From Desulfobulbus propionicus DSM 2032 (GTDB lineage Bacteria; Desulfobacterota; Desulfobulbia; Desulfobulbales; Desulfobulbaceae): DNA of 32,000 nt. Under the pieces are notes generated by a model, which had not been told where the DNA came from, did not search any database, and saw nothing but the letters and a program-made list of their open reading frames with translations. The translations under genes were made by a program, and so were the position numbers. Below are positions 1-8,990 of the stretch, piece by piece. The stretch covers positions 2,400,001 to 2,432,000 of the forward strand of contig NC_014972.1 of NCBI RefSeq assembly GCF_000186885.1, written 5' to 3'. How positions within the stretch are numbered: position 1 is the first letter of the stretch; the number at the start of each line of letters is the position of its first letter.

Positions 1-1
1 T

Positions 2-415
2 GATCTGCTCTATACCCAGAAGGCGATGATCATCGGCCAGTTTCTCCTCGTTCTGCCGCTGGTCACCGCCCTGACCATCGCCGCCATCAGCCGGGTCGAC
101 GCGCGCTACCGCATGACCGCTCGCACCCTGGGGGCCAACGACTGGCAGACCGCCCTGGTGGTCCTGCGCGAAGCCCGCTTCGGCATTGCCGCGGCGGTCA
201 TCTCCAGCTTTGGCCGGGTGATCTCGGAGATCGGCATCTCGATGATGCTCGGCGGCAACATCAAGGGGTTCACCCGCACCATGACCACGGCCATGGCCCT
301 GGAGTACGACAAGGGCTCCTTTACCCTGGCCGTGGCCCTGGGGTTGGTGCTGATGGCCATCAGCCTGGGGATGAATGTGCTGTTCAACCTGGCGCAGGGG
401 AGGAGCGGCCGATGA
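2..415 (+). CDS. ABC transporter permease, C-terminal 138 codons (5' end lies upstream of the window); oxyanion importer family (tungstate/molybdate, TupB/ModB-like)
   Basis: Frame 2 is open from the window edge (DLLYTQKAMIIGQ...); the listed ORF 26..415 is only its internal-Met part. It has a hydrophobic binding-protein-dependent permease tail (TARTLGA, REARFG, MLGGNIKGFTRTMTTAMALEYDKGSF), a pattern I associate with TupB-type permeases. Its TGA overlaps the next ATG (ATGA, 412-415). Confidence 0.8.
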   Translation, partial: DLLYTQKAMIIGQFLLVLPLVTALTIAAISRVDARYRMTARTLGANDWQTALVVLREARFGIAAAVISSFGRVISEIGISMMLGGNIKGFTRTMTTAMALEYDKGSFTLAVALGLVLMAISLGMNVLFNLAQGRSGR

Positions 416-1449
416 TGTGCTACACCCTGACCCAGCTTGTCCAGCGCTACCACCAGCGGCTGGTGCTTTCCATCGACCGCCTCGAAATCGAAGCCGGCCG
501 CATTCATGCCCTGCTGGGCCCCAATGGCGCGGGCAAGACCACCCTGCTCCATATTCTTGCCTTTCTCGCCACACCGGCGGGCGGGACGATGACCTTCAAC
601 GGCGAACCGGTGGACCTGTCGGCCAGCAACCTGCTGCAACTCCGTCGCCGGGTGGTGCTGGTGGACCAGCATCCGATCATGTTTTCCACCACGGTGCGGG
701 GCAACATCGAATTCGGCTTGAAGATCCGCCGCGTCGGCACACGGGAACGGCTGCGGATCGTTGACGAGGTCCTGGATCTGGTGGGTTTGGATCGGTACAA
801 AACAGCCGCCGCCCACGAACTCTCCGGCGGCGAGACCCAGCGGCTGGCTCTGGCCCGCGCCCTGGCCCTGCGCCCGGAAGTGCTGCTGTGCGACGAACCC
901 ACCGCCAGTGTCGACGCCGAAAACCAGGCGATCATCGCCGCCCTGCTGCAACAGATCAACGCCGAGCGCGGTACTACCATCGTCTTCACCACCCATGACC
1001 GGCTGCAGGCCGCCTCCCTGGCCCAGCGCACCCTGGTACTGGAAAACGGCCGTCTGGCCCGCACCACCCATGAAAACGCCTTTGCCTGTTCCTTCCGCCA
1101 GGACGGTGGCGCGCCAGACGGTCCGCCGCGCTGCATGCTCCACGGCCTGGTGGCGTTCCCCTTGCCTCCTCTCCGCACCTGCTGGCCGGCAAGACGCGAC
1201 GGCCGCATCCATCTCGATCCGGAAAGGATCACCCTGTGCCGGGCCGAGGAACGGCCCGATGTCGTGCCGACCTTCACCGGTACGGTCGTGCTGGTCATGG
1301 CCGAGGACAATAGGATTCGGGTGGTGGTCAACATCGGGGTTTTGCTGGTGGTGCTCATGCCCCAGGATCATTATCGGCGGGAAAACCCACGCGTCGGTGA
1401 CCGGGTGGGCCTCCACGTGGCCCCCGAGGGCATCACCCTGCTGGATTGA
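412..1449 (+). CDS. ABC transporter ATP-binding protein with C-terminal TOBE-like domain (oxyanion importer ATPase, TupC/ModC-like)
   Basis: Walker A GPNGAGKTT, ABC signature LSGGETQRLALARAL, Walker B LLLCDEPT and H-loop TTHD are all present. The ~110-aa C-terminal extension (GTVVLVMAEDNRIRVVVNIG...GDRVGLHVAPEGITLL) looks like a TOBE/mop beta-barrel. GGGAGGAG lies upstream of the ATG, and the gene is translationally coupled to the permease. Confidence 0.9.
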   Translation: MMCYTLTQLVQRYHQRLVLSIDRLEIEAGRIHALLGPNGAGKTTLLHILAFLATPAGGTMTFNGEPVDLSASNLLQLRRRVVLVDQHPIMFSTTVRGNIEFGLKIRRVGTRERLRIVDEVLDLVGLDRYKTAAAHELSGGETQRLALARALALRPEVLLCDEPTASVDAENQAIIAALLQQINAERGTTIVFTTHDRLQAASLAQRTLVLENGRLARTTHENAFACSFRQDGGAPDGPPRCMLHGLVAFPLPPLRTCWPARRDGRIHLDPERITLCRAEERPDVVPTFTGTVVLVMAEDNRIRVVVNIGVLLVVLMPQDHYRRENPRVGDRVGLHVAPEGITLLD

Positions 1450-1661
1450 AGCGGCTGCCGGCATGCTCCGGGGTCGCGTTCAATCGCATCTCCGGAAACG
1501 GCCAGCATCCCGGTAGTGCTTGAAATGCCCCAGCCTTCATGGCAAGGTAGGAGCCTCAACCCCAACCCGACCGTCCATACGCCGCCGCCCCGCGCCATCC
1601 GCCACGCGTAATGTGCCTCAATGGCACAGGACATCGCTATCCCGTTGGAGGCCCTGCATCC

Positions 1662-4469
1662 ATGCTCCTGTACGCCCTGGTACTCCTGCCGCTCATCGGT
1701 TCGCCGCTGCCCGCCTTGACGGCTCGCCTTGCCGGACGAACGGCGCCCGTCCTGACGGCAGCCGCGATCAGCGCCGTGGCCCTGCTCTTGGCCTTGCCGC
1801 CCCTGGCCGCGGCATTCGCCGGTGCGCCCATGGAAGCGTATCACTCCTGGCTGCCCCAGGCGGGACTTGACCTGGGCCTGCGCATGGACGGGCTGGGCGC
1901 GCTGTTTGTTCTCCTGATCCTCGGCATCGGCCTGTTGGTGCTCCTCTATGCCCATTATTACCTGACCAAGGAGGAGGCGGTCGGCCGCTTTTATAGTTTT
2001 TTTCTGGTGTTCATGGGGGCCATGGTCGGAGTGGTGCTCTCCGATCACCTGCTGCAACTGCTGGTGTTCTGGGAGTTGACCTCGCTCAGCTCCTTTCTGC
2101 TCATCGGTTTCAACCACCAGCGCCGCGAGGCCAGGGATGGGGCGGCCATGGCCCTGACCATCACCGGCGGCGGCGGTCTGGCCCTGCTGGCCGGTTTTCT
2201 GCTCCTGGGACAGATCGCCGGCACCTACCGCATCTCGGCCCTACTGGACATGGGCGATCTCATCCGCGCCCACCCCCTCTACACTCCTGCCTTGGTGCTC
2301 ATCCTGCTCGGCGCCTTCACCAAATCAGCCCAGTTCCCCTTCCATTTCTGGCTGCCCCGGGCCATGGCCGCGCCCACCCCGGTCAGTGCCTATCTCCACT
2401 CGGCCACCATGGTCAAGGCCGGGGTCTTTCTGCTCGCCCGGCTCTTTCCCGTGCTCGCCGGCACGGAACCATGGTTTTTCATCGTGGGCGGAATCGGCCT
2501 ACTGACCCTGCTGTATGGCGCCTATCACGCCCTGTTCCAGCACGATCTCAAGGGGCTGTTGGCCTACTCGACCATCAGCCACCTTGGCCTGATCGTGCTG
2601 CTGTTCGGCATCGACACCCCGCTGGCCGCCGTGGCCGGGGTATTTCACATCATCAACCACGCTACCTTCAAGGCCTCGCTGTTCATGGCCGCCGGCATCA
2701 TCGACCATGAAACCGGCACCCGCGACATGCGGTTTATCAATGGTCTGTGGGGGTACATGCCGCGCACCGCCGCCCTAGCGATGGTGGCCGCCGCGGCCAT
2801 GGCCGGCGTGCCCCTGCTCAACGGTTTTCTTTCCAAGGAGATGTTTTTCGCCGAGACCCTGCATCTGAGCGCGCTCGGACCGGCACGTGGCCTGGTTCCC
2901 CTGGCCGCCACCCTGGCCGGGGTATTTGCGGTGGCCTATTCCGCCCGCTTCATCCACGATGTTTTCTTCAACGGCGAGCCCAAGGGCCTGCCCATCTATC
3001 CGCCGCATGAACCGCCGCGCTTCATGCGGCTGCCGGTGGTGATCCTGGTCGGCCAGTGTTTGCTGGTGGGCATCGTTCCCGGATTGACCGTGGCTCCCTT
3101 TCTCGCCCTGGCCGCCGGCGACATGCTGGGCACGCCGCTTCCCGACTATAGTCTGGCCATCTGGCACGGATTCACCACCCCCTTGGCCATGAGCCTGGCG
3201 GCCCTGATCGGCGGCCTGACCCTGTATGCGGCCCGCCAGCGGCTGTTTGCCTTTCACCGGCAGCGTTGGCCATCCGTGGATGCCCTGGTCCTGTTCCAGA
3301 CTGCGCTTGACCGTCTGGCCGCCATGGCCCGCCGGCTGACCCGCCTGGTCGCGAACGGTTCCCTCCAACAGGCCATTGCCCTCGTTTTGCTGGCTACCAT
3401 CCTGGCCGTGTACTGGCCGCTGGCCAACACCCCCTCGTCGATCACCGGCCCCGTGCGCTTCAGTTCCATCGACGGCCTGACCCTGACCGGCGCCCTGCTG
3501 ATGATGGCCGCCGCGATGTTGGCGGTTTACTGGCATCGCCACCGTTTCACCGTCCTGGTCGCGCTCAGCGTGGTCGGGCTGATGGTGGTGCTGGCCTTTG
3601 TCCGCTTTTCCGCTCCTGACCTGGCCCTGACCCAGCTGGCCGTGGAGGTGGTGACCATCCTCCTGCTCATCCTGGCCCTGTTCTTCCTTCCCCGGCGCGG
3701 CCAATCGAAATCCCAGCCGCCCCGACGCGTCTTCCACCTGCTGCTCGCCCTGGCCATGGGCACCGCCGCCGGCCTGCTCACCTGGGGCGTGCTCACCCGG
3801 CCGTTCGATTCCATCGCCGCTTTCTTCCTCGCCAACAGTCTGCCGGGTGGAGGCGGCGCCAACGTGGTCAATGTAATCCTGGTCGATTTCCGTGGCTTCG
3901 ACACCCTGGGCGAGATCACCGTGCTGGCCGTGGCCGCGCTCGGCATCCAGGCCCTGCTCGACAACCTGTGCCTGGAAGCCGGCATGGTGGAGGGCATCCC
4001 CGATCGCTGGGCCGACGAGCGCCACATCCTGGTGCTGTCCCTGATCACCCGCCTGCTGTTGCCGCTGGCGCTGCTGGTCGCGATCCACTTCTTCCTCCGG
4101 GGCCATAACGCCCCGGGCGGCGGCTTCATCGCCGGCCTCGTTTCCGCGGTGGCCCTTATCCTCCAGTCCATGGCCAGCGGCATCGCCTGGACCCGGCAAC
4201 AATGGCGGGCAGGCTATCGGCCGCTGATCGCCTGGGGTGTGCTGATCACCGCCGCCACCGGCGCGGGGTCCTGGTTGTTCGGCCATCCCTTTCTCACCTC
4301 CGCCTTCGGCCATGTTCGCCTGCCGCTGGTCGGGGAACTGGAACTGGCCACCGCCATGCTGTTCGATCTCGGGGTTGCGCTGGCGGTGTTCGGCGTGGTG
4401 ATGCTGATCCTGGAGACCCTGGGCAATCTCAACCAACGCTGCGCCGAGACGCGCAAGGGAGGAGCCTGA
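1662..4469 (+). CDS. mrpA: Mrp/Mnh monovalent cation:proton antiporter subunit A with fused MrpB-like C-terminus (935 aa)
   Basis: The listed ORF starts at 1611. I prefer ATG 1662 (MLLYALVLLPLIGS) because GGAGG sits at 1646-1650. It has a NuoL/MnhA-type core (WELTSLSSFLLIGF, FPFHFWLPRAMAAPTPVSAYLHSATMVKAG) and a C-terminal MnhB-type segment (NVVNVILVDFRGFDTLGEITVLAVAALG). Confidence 0.93.
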   Translation: MLLYALVLLPLIGSPLPALTARLAGRTAPVLTAAAISAVALLLALPPLAAAFAGAPMEAYHSWLPQAGLDLGLRMDGLGALFVLLILGIGLLVLLYAHYYLTKEEAVGRFYSFFLVFMGAMVGVVLSDHLLQLLVFWELTSLSSFLLIGFNHQRREARDGAAMALTITGGGGLALLAGFLLLGQIAGTYRISALLDMGDLIRAHPLYTPALVLILLGAFTKSAQFPFHFWLPRAMAAPTPVSAYLHSATMVKAGVFLLARLFPVLAGTEPWFFIVGGIGLLTLLYGAYHALFQHDLKGLLAYSTISHLGLIVLLFGIDTPLAAVAGVFHIINHATFKASLFMAAGIIDHETGTRDMRFINGLWGYMPRTAALAMVAAAAMAGVPLLNGFLSKEMFFAETLHLSALGPARGLVPLAATLAGVFAVAYSARFIHDVFFNGEPKGLPIYPPHEPPRFMRLPVVILVGQCLLVGIVPGLTVAPFLALAAGDMLGTPLPDYSLAIWHGFTTPLAMSLAALIGGLTLYAARQRLFAFHRQRWPSVDALVLFQTALDRLAAMARRLTRLVANGSLQQAIALVLLATILAVYWPLANTPSSITGPVRFSSIDGLTLTGALLMMAAAMLAVYWHRHRFTVLVALSVVGLMVVLAFVRFSAPDLALTQLAVEVVTILLLILALFFLPRRGQSKSQPPRRVFHLLLALAMGTAAGLLTWGVLTRPFDSIAAFFLANSLPGGGGANVVNVILVDFRGFDTLGEITVLAVAALGIQALLDNLCLEAGMVEGIPDRWADERHILVLSLITRLLLPLALLVAIHFFLRGHNAPGGGFIAGLVSAVALILQSMASGIAWTRQQWRAGYRPLIAWGVLITAATGAGSWLFGHPFLTSAFGHVRLPLVGELELATAMLFDLGVALAVFGVVMLILETLGNLNQRCAETRKGGA

Positions 4470-4810
4470 TGGAAGCGCTGGCCGCCTGCACCGTGGCCGT
4501 CCTGGTGACTTGCGGGGTCTACCTGCTGCTCCGCGCCCGCACCTTTTCGGTGGTGGTGGGGCTCTCGCTGCTCTCCTATGCGGTCAACCTCTTTCTCTTT
4601 TTCACCGGCCGCCTGCTGGGCAAAGCCCCGCCCCTGATCGGGTCCACGGCCGGCGATGAAGCTCCTCTGGCCGATCCCCTGCCCCAGGCCCTGGTGCTCA
4701 CCGCCATTGTGATCGGCTTCGGCATGACCGCCTTTGTCCTCATCCTGGCCCTGCGCGCTCGAGGCGAACTGGGCAGCGACCATGTCGACGGCAAGGAGGA
4801 CGAGGCATGA
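4469..4810 (+). CDS. mrpC: Mrp antiporter subunit C (NuoK-like, 113 aa)
   Basis: MEALAACTVAVLVTCGVYLLLRARTFSVVVGLSLLSYAVNLFLF..., a small 3-TM protein. Its ATG shares one base with the mrpA TGA (TGATG at 4467-4471). It is only the 3' part of listed ORF 4202..4810. Confidence 0.9.
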   Translation: MEALAACTVAVLVTCGVYLLLRARTFSVVVGLSLLSYAVNLFLFFTGRLLGKAPPLIGSTAGDEAPLADPLPQALVLTAIVIGFGMTAFVLILALRARGELGSDHVDGKEDEA

Positions 4811-6318
4811 ACCACTGGCTGATGATGCCGCTGCTCGTGCCGCTGGTGGCGGCCATGATCAACCTCTTGCTCGGCGGACGGAGAATGGGGTGCCAACGGC
4901 TGGTGTCCCTTGCCTGCAGCGTTGGTCTGTTGGCTGGGTCGATCATCCTGATGGGCTTCGCGCACAGCGGCGAAATGTATGTCTATCGGCTGGGCGACTG
5001 GCCGGCGCCGTTTGCCATCGTCCTGGTGCTCGATCGCCTCAGCGGCCTGCTGCTGGTCACCACCGCCCTGCTCGCCCTGCCCTGCCTGCTCCAGGCCATG
5101 GACGGCGACGACGGGCGCGGCCTTCACTTTCACGTGCTGTTCCCGATCCAGCTGCTGGGAATCAACGGCGCCTTCCTCACCGGCGACCTGTTCAACCTGT
5201 TCGTCTTTTTCGAGATCCTGCTGATCGCCTCCTACTCGCTGGCCCTGCACGGCGGCGGACCGGAACGGGTGCGCGCCGGCCTGCACTACGTGGTGCTCAA
5301 CCTGATCGGTTCGGCGCTCTTTCTCCTGGCCGTCGGTACCCTCTACGGCCTAACCGGCACGCTGAACATGGCCGACCTGGCGGGCCGGGTGGCGGCCGCG
5401 CCGACGGACCAGGCGGCCTTGCTGCGGGCCAGCGGACTCGTGCTGCTGGTGGTATTCGGTCTCAAGGCGGGGATTCTGCCGCTGCATTCCTGGCTGCCCG
5501 CCCTCTACGGATCGGCCCTGGCCCCGGTGGCCGCCCTGTTCGCGGTGATGACCAAGGTCGGGGTGTACGCCATGCTCCGCGCCGCCACCCTGCTCTTTCC
5601 GCCGCAGGGGCCGGTGGGGGGCACGCTCGCCGCCCTGCTGCCAGTGCTGGCCCTGCTCACCCTGGCGACCGGAGCCATCGGCGCGCTTGGCGCCCAGCGG
5701 CTGCGGACGTTGATCGCCTCCCTGGTGATCCTGTCGGTGGGCACCCTGCTGGCGGGCATCGGGCAGTTCACCGCCAGCGGCTTCAGTGCGGCCCTTTACT
5801 ATCTGCCGCACACCACCTTGGTCACCGCCGGCCTGTTCCTCCTGGCCGAGCCGATCGGAGGCCAGCGCGGCGATCTGGAAGACCGCCTGGACACCGGTCC
5901 GCCCGTGGGCCGACCCGCCGCCCTTGGCCTCTTGTTCCTGATGGGCGGTGTGGCCGGGGCCGGCTTGCCGCCGCTCTCCGGGTTCATCGGCAAGCTGCTG
6001 CTGTTGCGCTCGGCCCCCTTGCCCGATGGGACCTGGCTGTGGGGCGTGGTCCTCGGTTCCAGCCTGCTGACGCTCATTGCCCTCAGCCGCGCCGGCAGCC
6101 GCCTTTTCTGGGGGCCGGTCGTGGACACGGAAACACCCACCCCCGCCGGATGGCGGCCCCTGTTGCCGGCCACCCTGCTCCTGGCCGCGAGCCTGGCCAT
6201 GACCGTGGCCGCCGCCCCCATCTGCCGCTACACCGAGGCCACCGCCCGCCAGCTGCTCACGCCGCGCCACTATATCGAGGCGGTCCTGAACCCTGCACCT
6301 CCGGGAGGAACACCATGA
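4807..6318 (+). CDS. mrpD: Mrp antiporter subunit D (NuoM/N-like proton-channel subunit, 503 aa)
   Basis: Polytopic membrane protein with the NuoN/MnhD pattern (FNLFVFFEILLIASYSL, GILPLHSWLPALYGSALAPVAALFAVMTKVGVYA). ATGA overlap with mrpC. Confidence 0.92.
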   Translation: MNHWLMMPLLVPLVAAMINLLLGGRRMGCQRLVSLACSVGLLAGSIILMGFAHSGEMYVYRLGDWPAPFAIVLVLDRLSGLLLVTTALLALPCLLQAMDGDDGRGLHFHVLFPIQLLGINGAFLTGDLFNLFVFFEILLIASYSLALHGGGPERVRAGLHYVVLNLIGSALFLLAVGTLYGLTGTLNMADLAGRVAAAPTDQAALLRASGLVLLVVFGLKAGILPLHSWLPALYGSALAPVAALFAVMTKVGVYAMLRAATLLFPPQGPVGGTLAALLPVLALLTLATGAIGALGAQRLRTLIASLVILSVGTLLAGIGQFTASGFSAALYYLPHTTLVTAGLFLLAEPIGGQRGDLEDRLDTGPPVGRPAALGLLFLMGGVAGAGLPPLSGFIGKLLLLRSAPLPDGTWLWGVVLGSSLLTLIALSRAGSRLFWGPVVDTETPTPAGWRPLLPATLLLAASLAMTVAAAPICRYTEATARQLLTPRHYIEAVLNPAPPGGTP

Positions 6319-6803
6319 ACCGCTGGCTGCCCCAACCGCTGACCAGCCTTTGCCTGTGGCTGCTGTGGTTGCTGCTGACCGAGTCCCTGGCCCCCGGCCA
6401 CCTGCTGCTCGGCGGGCTGCTCGCCCTTGCCCTGCCGCTGTTCACCGTCCGTTTCTGCCCCGACCGGCCGCGCATCCACAGGCCGCTCCTGCTGCTGCCC
6501 TACCTGGCGGTACTGTTGTGGGACATCACCGTGGCCAATCTGGTGGTGGCGCGGCTGATCCTCGGGCCCGCACGCCGGCTGCGACCGGCGTTCATCGAGC
6601 TGCCGCTCGATCTGGGCAGCGATCTGGCCGTCGTCCTGCTCACCCACACCGTTTCCCTGACCCCGGGCACGGTGGCCGCCCACCTGAGCCCGGACCGGCG
6701 CGTCTTGCTGATCCACGCCCTGGATGTCGACGATTCAGCCGAACTCGTCGCCCACATCAAACAGCGCTACGAACGCCCCTTGAAGGAGATCTTCGCATGC
6801 TGA
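6315..6803 (+). CDS. mrpE: Mrp antiporter subunit E (162 aa)
   Basis: MNRWLPQPLTSLCLWLLWLLLTESL...VANLVVARLILGP...TPGTV, typical of MnhE/PhaE. ATGA overlap with mrpD. It is only the last 163 codons of listed ORF 4734..6803. Confidence 0.85.
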   Translation: MNRWLPQPLTSLCLWLLWLLLTESLAPGHLLLGGLLALALPLFTVRFCPDRPRIHRPLLLLPYLAVLLWDITVANLVVARLILGPARRLRPAFIELPLDLGSDLAVVLLTHTVSLTPGTVAAHLSPDRRVLLIHALDVDDSAELVAHIKQRYERPLKEIFAC

Positions 6804-7066
6804 ATCTTGCCATCCCCCTCGCCCTGGCCTGCATCGGCGCGGCCCTGCTGCTCAACTTCTGGCGGCTGGTGCGCGGCCCCGGCCCGGCTGACCGCATCCT
6901 CGCGCTGGACACCATGTACGTCAATACCACCGCCCTGCTGGTGCTGCTGGGCATCCATCTCAACCGCAGCGTCTATTTCGAGGCGGCCCTGCTCATCGCC
7001 CTGATGGGCTTTGTCGGCACGGTGGCCCTATGCAAGTACCTGCTGCGCGGCGACATCATCGAATAG
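6797..7066 (+). CDS. mrpF: Mrp antiporter subunit F (89 aa)
   Basis: MLNLAIPLALACIGAALLLNFWRLVRGPGPADRILALDTMYVNT..., typical of MnhF/PhaF. 7-nt overlap with mrpE. Confidence 0.85.
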   Translation: MLNLAIPLALACIGAALLLNFWRLVRGPGPADRILALDTMYVNTTALLVLLGIHLNRSVYFEAALLIALMGFVGTVALCKYLLRGDIIE

Positions 7067-7077
7067 GGAGAAGAGGA

Positions 7078-7383
7078 ATGCTTGACCTGCTGATTTCGTT
7101 CTTTCTGCTCATCGGCGGGGCCTTTGCCCTGATCGGCTCCATCGGACTTGCCCGCCTGCCCGACCTGTACACGCGGCTGCACGGCCCCACCAAGGCCACC
7201 ACCCTGGGCATCGGCGGCATCCTCATCGCCTCCATGCTCCATTTCGGCGCCCAGGACAACGGCCCGAGCGTGCATGAAATCCTGATCACCCTTTTTCTCT
7301 TCACCACCGCGCCCATCAGCGCCTACCTGGTCGCCCGCGCCGCCCTGCATCTGGACCGGCAGGAGGACGGCGACCGGCTGTGA
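7078..7383 (+). CDS. mrpG: Mrp antiporter subunit G (101 aa)
   Basis: GSIGLARLPDLYTRLHGPTKATTLG is the MnhG/PhaG hallmark. GGGAGAAGAGG lies upstream of ATG 7078. Confidence 0.88.
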   Translation: MLDLLISFFLLIGGAFALIGSIGLARLPDLYTRLHGPTKATTLGIGGILIASMLHFGAQDNGPSVHEILITLFLFTTAPISAYLVARAALHLDRQEDGDRL

Positions 7384-7418
7384 GCGCCGCTCTTGGCCCG
7401 GCCGTTGCCGAAGGGTGA

Positions 7419-8990
7419 TCAATATCCGTTCACGAAAACGGCTTGTGCATGCCGGCTCTCGCCGGCCGAGGTGACCAGCACCGCCGCCGCCCCGCTCACG
7501 GGACATTTGTGCTCGCAGATGCCGCAGCCGATGCACAGGTTGTCCACCACATAGGGCTGCCGGACCCAAGCCCGCTCCCCCCGGCTGTTCTCCACCTCGA
7601 CCTCGCGGAACTTGATCGCCTTGTCCGGCGTTGGGCAGTGCTCCTCGCAGACGATGCACGGCGTGGCCGATGCATAGGGCAGACAACGATTCTTGTCGAA
7701 GTGGGCCCGGCCGATGACCGTGCCCTGTTTCTCGCTTCTGCTCAGCCGGCGGATGGCCCCGGTGGGGCAGACCTGGCCGCAGAGGGTGCAGTTGTACTCG
7801 CAGTAACCGATGCGGCCGATCAGCCGGGGAGAGAACATCCCTTCCAGGCCGGCCTCCAGCCAGGCAGCATGGAGGGCGTTGCCGATGCAGACCTTCATGC
7901 ACTCGCCGCAACGCACGCAACGACCCAGAAACGCCTCTTCGGCCAGGGCGCCGGGCGGACGGATCAGCAGCGGATCGGCATGCCGGGCCAGGGGCCGCGA
8001 CGGCAGCGCCAGGGGCGCCAGGGCTCCGGCGGCCAGCGAGCCGATCACCGCCCGCCGCGACAGATCGATTCGCGGCGCCCTGGCTCCGGCCGCCTTCCAC
8101 GCGAAGCCGATGCGCGCTCGCGGGCACTCACCGAGGCAGTCGAGACAGAGGGTGCACTCGGCCGGATTGATGGCTCGCGCCTCGTCGATGGCCGCCATGG
8201 GGCAAATGTCACGGCAGTGGTGGCACTGGCCGCAGACCGGCGAGCCGCCGCCGAGGCGCAGCGGAGCCAACCGCGAGACTAGGCCGAGCAGGGCGCCCAG
8301 GGGGCAGATCGTGCGGCAGAAAAACCGGCTGTTCACCCGGCTCAGACCCAGCACCGCGAGCAGCAGCATCAGAGAGAACACCGACAAGGTGTAGACCTTG
8401 TCGGTGAAGGGAAGCAGGTACCGCTTGAGCAGCCCGTACACCGGTTCGGTCAGGGTGTTGACCCACTCCGGTGCCTGCTGGTAGGTCCAGGTGAACAGGG
8501 TGGTGGCCGCGTGATCAAGCCCTGGATGGACCGCAAAGGTCAGGGCGCGCACCAACAGGGAAAAGGGATCGACAAAGCCGGCCAGGGGTAGGCCGAACCA
8601 GGCGGCGGCCAGGAAGAACACCAGCAACAGGTATTTGGGTCGATGCCGTTCCGGCCGCGCCGGGGATGCGTGGCGATGGCCCACGAGACGGCGGCTGGCG
8701 TCGATCAGGGTGCCCAGGGGGCAGACCCAGCCGCAGAACAGCCGGCCGCACACCAGGGTGAGGCCGATGGTGACCACGGCCGGCAGCATGAGGACGATCA
8801 CCGTTTTGGCGGCCAGCATGGCGGTTAGGGCGAGGAAGGGATCGAGACGGAACAGCAGGTTGACCGCCCAGGGCAGTTCATCGCCCCCGTTGGAGTCGGT
8901 GTGGATGAACAGGGCCAGGAAGGCAAGAACAAACAGGCCCTGGCTGAGCTTCCGCCACACCGAAGGCTGCAACGGGCCGGCGCGGCGCAT
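7419..8990 (-). CDS. Membrane polyferredoxin: NapH/MauN-like N-terminal half fused to a NapG/MauM-like C-terminal half (523 aa)
   Basis: The N-terminal half has TM helices, two CX3CP motifs (CGWVCP, CRTICP) and two CxxCxxCxxxCP motifs (CGQCHHCRDICP, CTLCLDCLGECP). From about residue 305 there is a NapG-like leader and body: SRRAVIGSLAAGALA, LIRPPGALAEEAFLGRCVRCGECMKVC, CEYNCTLCGQVCP, CIVCEEHCP and CIGCGICEHKCP. Confidence 0.85.
   Translation of the reverse strand: MRRAGPLQPSVWRKLSQGLFVLAFLALFIHTDSNGGDELPWAVNLLFRLDPFLALTAMLAAKTVIVLMLPAVVTIGLTLVCGRLFCGWVCPLGTLIDASRRLVGHRHASPARPERHRPKYLLLVFFLAAAWFGLPLAGFVDPFSLLVRALTFAVHPGLDHAATTLFTWTYQQAPEWVNTLTEPVYGLLKRYLLPFTDKVYTLSVFSLMLLLAVLGLSRVNSRFFCRTICPLGALLGLVSRLAPLRLGGGSPVCGQCHHCRDICPMAAIDEARAINPAECTLCLDCLGECPRARIGFAWKAAGARAPRIDLSRRAVIGSLAAGALAPLALPSRPLARHADPLLIRPPGALAEEAFLGRCVRCGECMKVCIGNALHAAWLEAGLEGMFSPRLIGRIGYCEYNCTLCGQVCPTGAIRRLSRSEKQGTVIGRAHFDKNRCLPYASATPCIVCEEHCPTPDKAIKFREVEVENSRGERAWVRQPYVVDNLCIGCGICEHKCPVSGAAAVLVTSAGESRHAQAVFVNGY

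Noticed and set aside
106-1464. 452-aa minus-strand ORF covering the ABC permease and ATPase genes
   Set aside because: It is antisense to two genes with unambiguous ABC motifs. Its translation is low-complexity (Gly/Ala/Arg/Pro/His-rich) with no recognisable motif. This is a typical shadow ORF of GC-rich DNA.
1622-1637. TGGCAC-N..-TCGC resembling a sigma54 -24/-12 promoter upstream of mrpA
   Set aside because: The GC of the -12 element is one base out of register with the consensus spacing. The implied start site would also fall inside the mrpA Shine-Dalgarno sequence (GGAGG, 1646-1650).
2775-4436. 553-aa minus-strand ORF inside mrpA
   Set aside because: It is antisense to a clearly conserved MnhA sequence. 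Its product is Gly/Gln/His/Asp low complexity. It is a GC-rich shadow ORF.
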